Shown here: piece by piece, positions 12,901 to 25,385 of the stretch
Layout: the number at the start of each line of letters is the position of its first letter
Position numbering within the stretch: position 1 is the first letter of the stretch
Origin: Octopus vulgaris
Taxonomy: Eukaryota
Reading direction: 5' to 3'
Assembly (NCBI GenBank): GCA_951406725.2
Contig: OX597817.1
Span: 94,178,001 to 94,242,000 of the forward strand
DNA length: 64,000 nt
Program-made: the position numbers and the translations under genes
Notes under the pieces: model-generated
The model's database searches: none
The model's input: only the letters and a program-made list of their open reading frames with translations
Told to the model about the DNA's origin: nothing

Positions 12901-14063
12901 TCTAGGTTTATGCTGTTTATAATTGATGTAATTTTTTTGTCTATTTTGATTTTTGGAAGGTATGGTCGGTGGTCCATCTTGAGATCTGTGTTTTTCAGTT
13001 CTTTGATTATTCTACTTTTTATAGTATCATAATCATTAGGCTCCCCTTCGTTGTTTCCAGGTTTTAGATTTGTGTCGCTTTATTACGCGTTCGTATGTTT
13101 GTCTGTTGTGTTTTGGCTTGCTGTTTGTCGTGTATTATTATGCATCCTTACGGTCTGGGTTAGTTGTTTTTTGTTTACATCGTTTTTGTTGGAAATGTTA
13201 CGTTTGTCTTTGTGTTTTACTGTTTCAGTGTTTATATTATTAGGTATTGTTGTGTAGCTTCTATCTACATTTTCCTGATGTATTTTTTCTTTTAAATGTT
13301 CTATTTCTATTTCTGATATGTTTTTTTGGGTTGAGAATATATCTTCGTACGTTAGCTAGTTTATTAGGGTTCATTGCTGTATCCAAGTCTATATTTATGT
13401 TATTTTCCTTCCATATTTTATATGTATGTGTTGTTGTGTTTTCATTCTTTGGGTTGAGCACTGCTGTAAAGTAAGCGTGTAGGATAGAAATGTATTCCTC
13501 ACATGTCCATTTATGTCTTTTGGGTTTTATTTGGGGGACATGAGGAACAACGACCGGCCCATTATTTTGACGGTCGTCATTTTCGTAGGGTACCGGTCCG
13601 TTCATTTCTGTTGTCACATTGTTTTGCACGTGTAGTTTTTCGTACATTTTATGTTGTAAGTTTAAAGTACGTACTTCCCGATTGTTATTCTTGGGTTGAA
13701 TAATATTGGTGTTATTTAATTTCTTCGTAGAATTTTTGTACATGGTGTTTGGGGCCGGAGATGATCTGGTGTTGATGGATCGTAATGTATCACGCATGTT
13801 TACATGTGTTGTGTTAGAGGTGGAGATGATATCGAGTTAAAATACATCATTTCGTTTCGAAAATAGCAATAAATTTCAATGAGTATTACTTACTCGGATA
13901 TAGTCCAATCCTTTGTCAGTTAATTTTTGGCTCCACACGATGTCTTTGTTTTCGATGTTTGTGGATAGATTTCGGAGCACTGTTTTATCGTTCTCACATG
14001 TTAAACGTCCTCGGTGTTCTCTCCTTATCTCCGGTGTTCTCTCCTGTCCCCGGTGTTCTCTCC

Positions 14064-14064
<1 letters not shown>
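9936..14064 (-). mobile_element. near full-length degraded R4/Dong-clade LINE (copy B)
   Basis: N-terminal KRHKWTCEEY; RT motifs KPENYRPITCL, AWIDYRKAFDSIPH, RGIFQGDTLSPLLF and SHLL*MDDLKLYA; ETINHIISGC; RPDIVV..EKLSKYKDL. Many stops and frameshifts. (TTA)n at both ends. Confidence 0.92.
10788..10886. repeat. (TTC)n microsatellite inside the Dong ORF (poly-Glu on the minus strand)
   Basis: Directly visible; about 33 units, in frame in ORF 10686..10949. Confidence 0.95.
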
Positions 14065-14128
<64 letters not shown>

Positions 14129-14179
14129 GTTGTTGTTGTTGCTGTTGTTGTTGTTGTTGTTGTTGTTGTTTTTGTTGTT

Positions 14180-15312
14180 TTATGTTTGACTTTTGCTTTA
14201 TATTTGTACAAGTTGGCTCCAAGTCTCACACAGAGACTTCAAGAGACAACAAGTTGGAAGTTCATACTGGTTTTATGCCTAGGGTGCCATATATTTGGTT
14301 TTGTGCATAGTGTTGTTCTAGAGAATGTTTAAGAAACCATAAGAAAATTATGTTTGTTTTAAAACTTGAGATTACATAGAAAGTATTTTGCTTAGAATAT
14401 GAGCAGTTCCCATGAGCACTATCCTTTGAATTTCTGCCATTTTGGGTTTTCCTGGTATCTGAGCTAGGTAGCAATCAGCCCCTTTTGCTATCATTCCCAC
14501 GGCACCTATGACAACAGGTATTGTTTTAGTCTTCAGGTTCCACATTTTGCTTATTTCTATTTCAAGATCTTTATATTTACTCAGTTTCTGGTCGGTCTTG
14601 ACATATACATTTATACCGATTGGGACAGTCATATCAATGAGGAGGCATGTTTTTTGTTTGAAGTCTTTCAGTATGATGTCTGGCCTATTCGCATCTATCT
14701 TTCTGTCAGTTTGAATGGTGAAGTTCCAGAGGAGTGAGATGTGGTCATTTTCAAGCACTGGAGGTGGATTGTGTTCCCACCAGTTTTTATCATGGGGCAA
14801 GTCCAAGATTTTGCAAATTACCCCGTGAATTTATTGTGCAGCTCTATCATGGCCGTTGAGATACTCTGTAGGCGCAAGAAGACTGAACTTGGAGACAACA
14901 TGATCAATGGTTTCATTTTGTTATTGACATACACGACATGTTGGTCTACTGCCGTTCTTTAGTATGATAGCCTGGTAGTTCCTTGTAGGTAGGCATTGAT
15001 CTTGAGCTGCTATGTTAAACGCTTCTATTTCAGATTTTAAGCCAGAGGCCATTAGACATTGATGGGTCAGGGCTTTGTTAACAACGGCATTATTCACTCT
15101 CTTTGGGTATTTACCATTGAGAGGTTTTTCTTGCTGTTTATCAGTCAGAATATCTAAGGCAGCAGTTTTAGCACAGGTTTTCATGCGCTTAGCTTTTTCT
15201 GCGCTTGTTTCTCGTATGTCTAATTCCGGAATTAGTTGTATTTGGAATTCACTTGGATATCCCTTTGCCTGTTTTGTTACTTAGTATTACCTGTTTTGTT
15301 ACTGAGTATGCC

Positions 15313-15315
<3 letters not shown>
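14180..15315 (-). mobile_element. 5'-truncated R4/Dong-clade LINE (copy C, different subfamily)
   Basis: QEKPLNGKYP..LKSEIEAFNIAAQDQCLPTRNY..CRVC..WWEHNPPPVLEN..LWNFTIQTDRKIDANRPDII..IDMTVP..KLSKYKDL. Flanked by (TTA)n/(GTT)n. Homologous to 52180-52940 and 62575-63840. Confidence 0.9.
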
Positions 15316-15345
<30 letters not shown>

Positions 15346-15733
15346 TAATAATAATAATAATAATAATAATAATATTAATATTAAAAAAAAAACTGATTCC
15401 ATTGATATGTTGCTCCATTTTTTAAAATAAAGAAAATCAGACTTTATGGGTTTCTTGACTTTTTTTGAAGTTTTACTCGAAATTAAATTTGGTAATAGGT
15501 TTTGTTGTTTTGACGATCATATTTTAGTTATTTTCAAAGACGGAATTGGAAATTTCTGATTAATGCTTTATCATTTCACAAACCCAGAATAAAACAACCG
15601 ATGAAAAATAAGAAAGCGTACACATTGCCTGTAACATAAAGGAACTGTATACCTGAAACCTAAAAAAGAAAGAATGCTTATGTCGTTTTCTTTTTATCAA
15701 AATGATCTGTCTATCTAACTGTCTGTCACTATC

Positions 15734-15745
15734 TATCTATCTATC

Positions 15746-15812
<67 letters not shown>
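15734..15812. repeat. (TCTA)n/(TAGA)n microsatellite
   Basis: Directly visible. Confidence 0.95.
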
Positions 15813-16397
15813 CTATCTGTACACACACACACACATGACATTGATAAGAGAATCAAATTCGAGTCAATGACTTTATATGACACCACGATTCCATACATTT
15901 GATCACATATAAACATTACCATGGCCTTCAACATATAAACCAATACATTTATAAAATCACAGAAGGTAAAAATATATATATGCACATAAAAATAGAAAAT
16001 ATATAGAAAGGCTAATCAAGAAAAGGTATATACAATCGACTAAAATAAGTAATCACAATGAATTACTAAAGCGTGTCAAATGACTAAAAAACAATAAAAA
16101 AACATCTAACGACTAAAAACGTTTTTATTCCCTTTAATTACAAAAATATCACAATAGTTCATTTCATGGTAGGTTGAAGTCGAAAGAGCGTCAAAGTCAA
16201 GTCAAAACACATCTATGGCCATTTCGGGAGTACACTGCCGCGGTCCGATTACGAGTTAAGGTGCATCTCGGCAATGACCTCCTCATCATTATGAACAAGA
16301 CTTTCACAATCAATTTTTTTTTTGTGCTAGACTGGTCCTGCTATAGGTTATTATCTTTAAATTAGTTTCTGCAGCCGTATTGTAACTTTCGTAAACA

Positions 16398-17385
16398 ACT
16401 TGATCGTGGAATTCTTTTTCTTACGTCGTGAGTTTATAAGTACGTTATATTTATTGAACTGTTACTTGTTGAGCTGTTATTTGTCAAAAAGCCTTGTTGC
16501 TGCTGAAATCAGCCTTGTCGCTGCCAAACCCTTCTTCTCTCTCGCACGGGTGACGCCGGTGGTCAGGATTTCACCTCGTCGTTTTATACAGGGTTGGTAG
16601 CGGTAAAGTGTGACGATACATTGGGAGAGCCCCTGGGTCTCGGCGATGGTCAACTAGCTGGCCTGTTCCAACGTACATTCCAGACAGGGTCCTTGGATAA
16701 TTTCCAAAAGAGCCTTGCCTGTTCGTGATAAACTCGCAAGGCATGGAAGTCAGTGTTTGCCGACTTGTCCAAGATGTGAGCATGACAGAGAAACTGTCTT
16801 GCACGCAATTGTACAATGTCTGAAAATCTCGGAATTGTGGCTTTATGTCAAACAGCTGCTGTCCCGTATGGGAAGAGTACAGCTGTCGTCCGAATCAATC
16901 ATTAAGATTACTCCGCCCTCTAGGAAGAAAAGGTTTGTTTTCTCGTTGTAATTGCTATGGCGAAAGAGGTAGTACGGAAGTCTCGAATGAAAGGAGTAGC
17001 AACAGACATCTTCATCTCCAGGCAAGGTTTAGTAGCCTTCTTTATTTTCCACCTCAAAAGAAAAATACGGCTGGAGAAGAGTTGTCTACCATCTGCAATA
17101 TATAACAAAAGATGGAAGAAAGTGGTATGAATGCTGTGTATAAATGACCAGACTTAAGTGTAAACAATGAAGAAAAATTAAAAGGTCTCAGTGGTGGAAT
17201 GGGGCTTGTGGAGTTGTGGCCGAACCCGTCCCCAATTTCATTGTATCGTCCTTGTTTGTTTAAATCATTCGCTATATTTTCAGAAACTTTAAATTTGTTC
17301 ATTTCACTGTGAAATTCATTCGCTTTTATCGACTCGTGTTTTGTATTGTCCCCTCTGTGTTGGCCCCTTGTGGGCAATAAAGAAT
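16398..17385 (+). mobile_element. internally deleted Tx1/L1-clade LINE (5' UTR joined to ORF2 C-terminus and 3' UTR)
   Basis: VRDKLARHG..TCPRCEHDRETVLHAIVQC..LWLYV..AMAKEVV..SRMKG..FHLKRKIRLE is a CCHC-type L1/Tx1 ORF2 C-terminus. It ends in ..GGGCAATAAAGAA. The first ~107 bp recur at 17389. Confidence 0.75.
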
Positions 17386-17388
17386 CAG

Positions 17389-18960
17389 ACTTGATTGTGA
17401 AATTCTTTGTCTTACGTCGTGAGTTTATATGCAAGTTATATTTATTGAACTGTTATTTGTTGAACTGATATTTGTCAAAAAACCTTGTTGTTGCTGTTCG
17501 CGGCGTTTGTGTACGCTTTCCCCTTGTTCGAAGGGAGTAGCACTGTTAAAAAAAACACAAAAGATGGAATTCGAAAGCGTTAGCTCTTCGGAGCTGTCTG
17601 AAGGAGAAATTGTATCTCCAAAAGAAGTGTTAAGCTCTGTGAAGGAGCAAAGAAAAGTTGTGGCTGCTGTAAAGGAGAATATGTCTGGAGAAAAATATGA
17701 CTCCCACCAAAAACGGCTATGAAAAAAATTGCGTCTCCTGTGAAGGAGAATGTAAAAATATGGGAAAACAAATTGTGTCTCCTGATAAAGCGGATGAAAA
17801 AAGGCAATTGGGTCTCCTGTGAATATAGAACCCCAAAAAGTTGTGTCTCCTTCTAAGGAGACTGGAAAGACGAATTATGCGGCGGCCACGGGGGTGGCCA
17901 GAAGAAGTCTAACAATAGATACTAAAGAACTGGAGAAATTCAAAGGAATGTTAAAGCGGAAGGTGCAGGAACTAACTGCAAAATAATGGAAAAAGCCCCA
18001 AAATGCAGAGTCATTTATAATATTGTTGCATTAAAATCCAAGATTGGATACAGCGAATAGGGAGGTAGTGGAAATGTGTCTGCGCCCGGTATGGAAAGAC
18101 GTGATGTTCCTCACTAGAGGAAAGAGGTTCGCCACGGTCGAGGTGAGATTCTGTTCGGAAGAGAAAGCCAAGCAGCACTCTACAGGGATTTTAAAAACGG
18201 CAGAGGTGGTACTCCTGCCAACATAACTGGGCAAACGTACCTCCAAGATAAGGGTGGGAGAGATCCCACCCAAAGTGAACGCTGCCTGGCTCATGGTAAC
18301 AATAACGGTGGGTTTGGACGATAAAATCAACATCCTCCAAGCAACCGTCTTGGAACAGCAAAATTAGCAAGGTCAGGGGCTTGAGATGGTGGTGCAAGCG
18401 GCCCTTGCACACCTCGAAGAAATTATCGATACCATACAGATTGGAGAGAGTAAGCTGCGGGCGAATGTCGAGGGGAGGAAGCCACGGTGCTATAAACGTA
18501 GCCAAAAAGGTCACATCAAGGCTGAGCGTACTCCTCCCTCCGAGCTACAACCACGACGTCTGAGGCACCAACACAACACAAACATCCTTGGCAGAAGAAG
18601 AAGATAGCAATTGGACTTTAGTAAAAGGCAAAAGGAAAAATCCCCATCCCATCCCCACAAGCCCCAGTACCCCGAAAAAGAAAACCCCAAGACCCAGACC
18701 CCACCCACGTCAAACCCTGACACGAACTTAATGGCCAACCACAAAAATGTAATAATAAAATTAAAAACAATTCACACTGCAATACAACATCCTATGAACA
18801 CCCCAAAACATATTGTTATATACCAAATTGACAGCAGAAACTATTTGAAACTTCAAAAGGAGTTCCAAAATGACGTTGGCCCTGTGAGGAAAGATTTTTC
18901 TCCTCAAATTTTCGAGGGACTCGTCATAGAGATCTCACAAGCCCCAAATTAAATGGAACG
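17389..18960 (+). mobile_element. 5' part of a second Tx1/L1-clade LINE with degraded ORF1 (gag-like)
   Basis: Same 5' end as 16398. ORF1 starts at ATG 17564 (MEFESVSSSELSEGEIV..YAAA..) and contains KIRVGEIPP and a degenerate zinc knuckle VEGRKPRCYKRSQKGHIKAE. Several stops. Confidence 0.7.
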
Positions 18961-18962
18961 AA

Positions 18963-20065
18963 ATGGGCGTTGATACTTTGGTGGATGGATTTAGCTACTT
19001 GCTGGATGCTCTCCATTACGTTCCTCTCAGTTTCTAAACTAACGTTACTAGAGTTTGTCCTAGCTATGATATTAATATCATCTACATACCTACTGTAGAG
19101 TAGAAGAGTTGTGGACTGTTCTGCTAACGATTGCTTAAGATTTCTGTCCCACCGGGTCATGAAGAGGCCGACTACATCTCCAGCTACACCGAGACCGATG
19201 GCTGCCCCTTGAACCTGCATGTATAGTTGTTTGTTAAACTTTTCTGTGGTTCTTCAAGTTTGTTTTTACACTGGCCACTATTGCATATGCAATCATTTCT
19301 TTCACATGATTGTTGTTCTCAGGGTTTTGGGTGGCTGCGGTCCAGCCTCTCCAGCGCTCTGTGGTGCTTTTCTTCGCTGCTGAGGTGATGGTGGGTGGTC
19401 TTCTCTGTGAGCTGCTGGGGCAGAACCTACTGCGGTCATGGTCGTCTAAATAGTCACTGTTGTAGCTTAGTCTAAGGAGGAGGCCTAGTTCCCTCGTGTT
19501 GACCTTACGGAACTCTGCTTCACTCTCACAGATTACCTCAATGCATTTCTCCACAGCAAATTCTATCTCTATAGAGAGAAATCACACCCATACTACCCAC
19601 TACACAACCTGTGAGGTCGTTGGAGTGGTTGCACATACTGATTTTACTGAGGAGATCTTCCGTGCTCACACAGACATCTGGAGACATCTCTATAAGACGT
19701 CGTAACACCTATGAGAGAAAGTAGGACAGTCTATAGTTGCTGGAGATATTCGTTCCGCGAACTGGTCTGGTTGGGGGCCCCATGAAAGGGTTTATGTAGG
19801 GTTTGTGGTCTTTGCGTAGGCCGTATAGTGTAGGAACATCATTGTTAGATGCTTGGCAATTATGTGCCGTCCTTTTCATAGGTTGGAGTATGTTGCACCA
19901 CATTCCCATGTGTGCATTGAGGAGTTTTTCCATTCGTTCATGTTCTTGTGGAGCAACTTCTCTCATGCTACTGATATGTTGTTGCATGGCCTAGACATAG
20001 TTCTGTGGGCTGTCTATTGACAGTCTGCCAGACTTGTCCGTAAGAAGGCACACTAATTCTGTGTT
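18963..20065 (-). mobile_element. Penelope-like element RT fragment (clade distinct from the 2-5.6 kb element)
   Basis: LYGLRKDHK..PPTRPV..SNYRLSYFLS, LYMQVQGAAIGLGVAGDVVGLFM..W and LYSRYVDDINI are PLE RT motifs; frameshifted. Confidence 0.8.
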
Positions 20066-20080
20066 CCTATATTCTCTCTC

Positions 20081-20125
<45 letters not shown>

Positions 20126-20134
20126 ATATATATA

Positions 20135-21760
20135 CAGTTGCAACCAAAATGTTCAGAACGGCATTGTTTTCGTCAGAAAAGTAGGTATAAGTTTTTATCA
20201 AAGTTGTTTTATATTCTATAATTTTCACAGACAATAAATACAATATTAATTGTTATTGTCTGAGGTTTTGGTGTAATTTGAGAGGATAATACAAAAGTTA
20301 TAGATGATTTAGTGATTTACTGCAAGACCCATGGCGGCCAAAATGATCAGAACGGTTGAAAAAATAACAAAATAATCAAAAATGACAGAGAATACTGGAA
20401 TTATTTAATATTTAGTGTGAAGCTCTTTAGCTTCAATCACACTCTGACATCTTCGACTGCATGAGGAAATTAAATTTTCAATTTCTTGCTGGGTGATCTT
20501 ATTCCATTCTTCCTGAAGAGCATTCCATAATTGCTCAGCTGTTTTAGGATTTCTGGCTTTCGAACGTTCTCCTAGAATATTCCACACATTTTCAATAGGA
20601 TTGAGATCTGGGCTTTGAGCTGGCCAATCCATAACAATAACCTTTTCAGCCTTGATGAAGTTCATGACCACCTTAGCCTTGTGACATGGGGCATAGTCCT
20701 GCATGAATATGGGTGGTCGCTTTGTTGAATTTCTCAGCACAGGCAAGACATGATCTTTTACAAGTTGTTTATAAACTCCTGCATTTAACTTTCCATGTAA
20801 TCGCACCAAAGGGCCCACACCATCTCCAGATATCATTTCCCAAACCATGACACTTCCTCCACCGAATTTAAAACTAGTCTTAAGGCATTTAGGCAACAAT
20901 TTTTCACCTACTTTTCAACGAACGTACCTTTTCCCATCTGAGCCAAATAGCATAAACTTAGATTCATCAATGAAATGCACCGTTTGCCATTTTTCTTGAG
21001 ACCACAACACACGTTCGGTTGCAAAGGTAAGTCGATACTTTTTATTCTTGGAGCTGATCAGTGGCTTCACTGCAGGTGCTATTGCTTGTAGGTCATGTTC
21101 AACTAAACGACGAGACACAGTTTTTCGAGATAAAGTTTTCTTCAGTACAATGCTCATTTTCCGAGAAACAGCAGCAGCAGTTTTAAATCTGTCCTTTTTA
21201 ACCAACTTTACTATAGCACGATCTTCTCTCTTGGTCGTTTTTCTTGACCTACCTGTAAACTTTTTTGCTTCACGCGAACCACAATCATCGTAGACCTTAA
21301 GAATACCGTGTACAACACTTTTTAACTTGTTAACAATCTTTGCAATAGATCCAATACTTAAATTATCCTTCCTTCGAAGCTTAATAATCTGCTGACGAAT
21401 TGGTAACGGAGTAAGTGGCATTATATTAACAAAGTACACTGCAAATATTCTTACTAACGTTTAGTAAATGAACCGTCACGTAAACAAATTCAAAACATTA
21501 GAGTTCGCCGGTTAAATATACTAAAACACGGAGTAAAAAAAACCGTTCTGATCATTTTGGCCGCCATTTTTGCAGTAAATCACTAAATCATCCATAACTT
21601 TTGTATTGTCCTCTCAAATTACATCAAAATCTCAGGCAATAACAAATAATATCGTATTTATTGTCTGTGAAAATTATAGAATACAAAACAACTTTGATAA
21701 AAAATTATATCTACTTTTCTGACAAAAACAATGCCGTTCTGAACATTTTGGCCGCAATTG
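20135..21760 (-). mobile_element. complete Tc1-family DNA transposon, IR/DR type
   Basis: About 220-bp TIRs (20135-20357 / 21541-21760) starting CAGTTG, each with two direct repeats GC(A/G)(A/G)CCAAAATG(T/A)TCAGAACGG. TA on both flanks. Confidence 0.95.
20405..21439 (-). pseudogene. Tc1 DD34E transposase with a single in-frame stop
   Basis: ORFs 20915..21439 and 20405..20899 are in the same frame, separated by TGA at 20915-17. Catalytic motifs FIDESKF, FMQDYAPCH and SPDLNPIENVW, with 34 residues between D and E. Confidence 0.93.
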
Positions 21761-21871
21761 TATATATAGTCACATGCATGGAACCTTGTGAGAGGATTTG
21801 GTATACGGAAACTGAAAGACGCCCATCGTATATGTGTGTGTGCATGTGTATATATATATATATATATATAT

Positions 21872-22297
21872 CTTTTACCTGTTTCAGCCACTAGACTGCG
21901 GCCATACTGGGGCACTGCCTTGAATTTTTAGTCGAATGAATTGACTCCAGTATTTATTTATTAACCTTGGTACTTCTATGGGTCTCCATTGCTGAACCGC
22001 TAAGTTACGAGGACGTAAACAAACTAAGGCTGATTGTCAAGTCGTGATGGAGGATACACACGCACGCGCGCACGCACACACGCACACACACACAGACACA
22101 CACACATATATATATACACGACGGGCTGGTTTCCGTCTACCAAATCCACTCACAAGGCTTCGGTCAGGCCGAGTCTATAGTAGAAGGCACTCGCCCAATG
22201 TGCCATGTAGCGGAACTGAACTCGGAACATGTGGTTGGAAACCAAGCTTCTTACCACACTGCTATTCCTTCTCCTATGCACACAGTTACTCCTGCGC
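21872..22297 (-). mobile_element. tRNA-derived SINE with internal (CA)/(TA) microsatellite (family S1)
   Basis: Minus-strand head ..GTGTGGTAAG..GAGTTCAGTTCC..TTGGGCGAGTGCC; homologous to 30438-31350, 38075-38225 and 45872-46267. Confidence 0.75.
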
Positions 22298-22298
22298 A

Positions 22299-22336
<38 letters not shown>

Positions 22337-22538
22337 CGATTTATCTTACTTCAATGCTGGATAAATCCGCTGAACTAATTTTATGTCACAAATTCGGCAC
22401 TTACGATGGTCTGAAACTTGAGCTGCAAGAAAAGTAATTGAGCTAAAATAAACTATATACTATGCACAATGTGTTGAGCAGTCTTTATGGAGTAACTTTA
22501 ATATTGATAAAAAAAAACCGAAAACAAGTCATAGTATA

Positions 22539-22755
22539 TATTTCTTTATTGCCCACAAGGGGCTAAACATAGAGGGGACAAACAAAGACTGACAAAGGGA
22601 TTAAGTCGATTACATCGTCCCCAGTGCGTAACTGGTACTTTATTTATCGACCCCGAAAGGATGAAAAGCAAAGTTGACCTCGGCAGAATTTGAACTCAGA
22701 ACGTAATGGCTAAGCATTTCGCCCGGCGCGCTAACGTTTCTGCCAGCTTGCCGCT
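22539..22755 (-). mobile_element. SINE (family S2, Tx1-like tail) with 13-bp TSD
   Basis: TSD AAGTCATAGTATA at 22526-38 and 22756-68; B-box-like GAGTTCAAATTC; conserved core GCTTTTCATCCTTTCGGGGTCGATAAA..GTACCAG. Confidence 0.85.
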
Positions 22756-22839
22756 AAGTCATAGTATAGTCGTCAAAAAATAACTGATACTGAAGATATA
22801 AATATAAGCAGTTACAGAGATGTAGAGGACATGTGCACC

Positions 22840-23130
22840 CATAATATAAATCAATATTAGTGGATGGCCCCTGTCAAAACTTCAGTACAACAGACCAGAC
22901 ATGATGGTGTACGACATGGAAAGAGAGTGTGCATAAATTGTCCGGCAAATGTTAACATGATATTAAAGAATAGTGAAGAAGAAAACATCTATGCCAAACC
23001 AATGAGAAATTTGCTGTTAAGTCAGCCTGACAATAGCCCTAGGTTTATGCCGATAATGCTGATGATATGTGGATTGTAACACTAACTGCCTCAACAGCAT
23101 TCATGAGGAGTGGAAACCCAACAGGCCAGA
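22840..23130 (+). mobile_element. old REL-endonuclease LINE remnant
   Basis: Frame-broken peptide W..PVKT..RPDMMVYD..CPANVNM..K..EEENIY..RNL..FMPI resembles the PD..D/E-K endonuclease region of R4/CRE-type elements. Confidence 0.45.
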
Positions 23131-23589
23131 AACAAAAATGCTAAATATGACATTAAATTGACACTCTATTAATAGAATTGTCAATTATGTAAAACATTCC
23201 AGAGATTGAATCTTTGGTACACCAAAACAGAGATATCCTACATGCAATTTCACATATGCGTTATAAAGTACACGTGTATCTACGTAGAAACATATATGGC
23301 TGTCTCGTTGATGTCATGTAATTTTCCAATGTTTAAACTGCAAACAGTCTTGTTTCGGGATTGGAGACGAATCTAGCGACGATTTTTTTCTATCTTTCTG
23401 TTGTGAAGAGAAATTTAAAAAATAAAACGAGAACATCCATACAAATATATGTCAGTAAAATATACCCAGAAAGCCATTCCGACGCCACGTACAAAACAAA
23501 TCGCTGAAATTATTTGCTCAGTGGTACGGAAAACTTTTTTGAGAGATTCTGGTTGTGAAATTTAGTAGCAGGTGGCAATGCTTGTTACA

Positions 23590-23595
<6 letters not shown>

Positions 23596-23661
<66 letters not shown>

Positions 23662-23675
23662 TTCTCTTTTCTCTT

Positions 23676-23705
<30 letters not shown>
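23596..23705. repeat. (CT)n microsatellite
   Basis: Directly visible. Confidence 0.95.
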
Positions 23706-23711
<6 letters not shown>

Positions 23712-23979
23712 CCATTTCTTTCTACTTGTCTCACCCTTCTCTTTCACTATATCTCCTGTCAGTTTTCTATTATTTTTCTTGCTCATTTCTCTTAAATTCC
23801 TTCCTTCCTTGAATTTCTCTGCTTTGCAGAATCTGTAGAAATGTCAAATCGTTTTCGTTATTTTAGGTTCAGTTTCTAGCTCCTCTGGAGGAGCGATAAA
23901 GTGGTGTATAAAATATGCATCAATGGTATATTGAACAACTGAACTGAATCAGGTAATTGTCACATCAAAGTTATAACTT

Positions 23980-24619
<640 letters not shown>

Positions 24620-24628
24620 TAAATATAT

Positions 24629-25172
24629 GGTGGCTGCCTCCTCGTTATAGACTATGGCCATGCACGAAGCTTAATCAATGTTGTTATCGTGCAATGCCTG
24701 TGCAAGAAGATTTTTTTTAAAGTGAGGAAAGGCTGTGCACTGAGTCAATCCCGCTCACTAAGCAACAGCAGCTATAATCCGATAAGAAGAACAAGTCAAT
24801 ATCATTGGTAACCACTGAGCCGCAGGTTTTATGTCGGAGTTATCCCAGTTACCTGAGTTACCTTCTCCTAGAAGGATGCTCTAACAAAGGGTAGGAGTCC
24901 TTCACTCCCAATGGTTTAACCACGCGATCGGGTATTCAGTCCGATAATTTCTATGTCTCCGCGCCTTAAGACATTTATTGGATGGCCGTTGACTCTCAAG
25001 ACTTCCTCCGCCTTTTGACGGGTTTTGTTTTTCATCCCGCAGGGTGTCCAATAAACACCCTCCTCACCAAGCAAGCTTGGTGGGGTTGCCGGTTTAGTCG
25101 CCGACGACCCGATCATGCAACAGGTTGTACTGGGTTACATGTTACCAGTTAGCATTCGAAAGTGACCTGACA
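24629..25172 (-). mobile_element. probable RTE-derived non-autonomous element (5' UTR + 3' end)
   Basis: Minus-strand start ATGTCAGGTCAC..GGCGACTAAACCGGCAACCCCACC..GGTGAGGAGGGTG..AAACCCGTCAAAAGGCGGAGG resembles RTE 5' UTRs. No coding region. Bounded by microsatellites. Confidence 0.4.
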
Positions 25173-25335
25173 TCAATATACATACATACATACATACATA
25201 CATACATACATACATACATACATACATACATACATACATACGTACATACATACATACATATGTATATATAGCTATGTTGGTGCAAACAGGAAAAATATCT
25301 CAAAATATGAGTATATGCGTACTGAGTTACTTCTG

Positions 25336-25385
<50 letters not shown>

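Noticed and set aside
20915-20917. Programmed read-through or Sec codon in the Tc1 transposase
   Set aside because: It is most simply a CGA>TGA CpG transition in an otherwise decaying copy.
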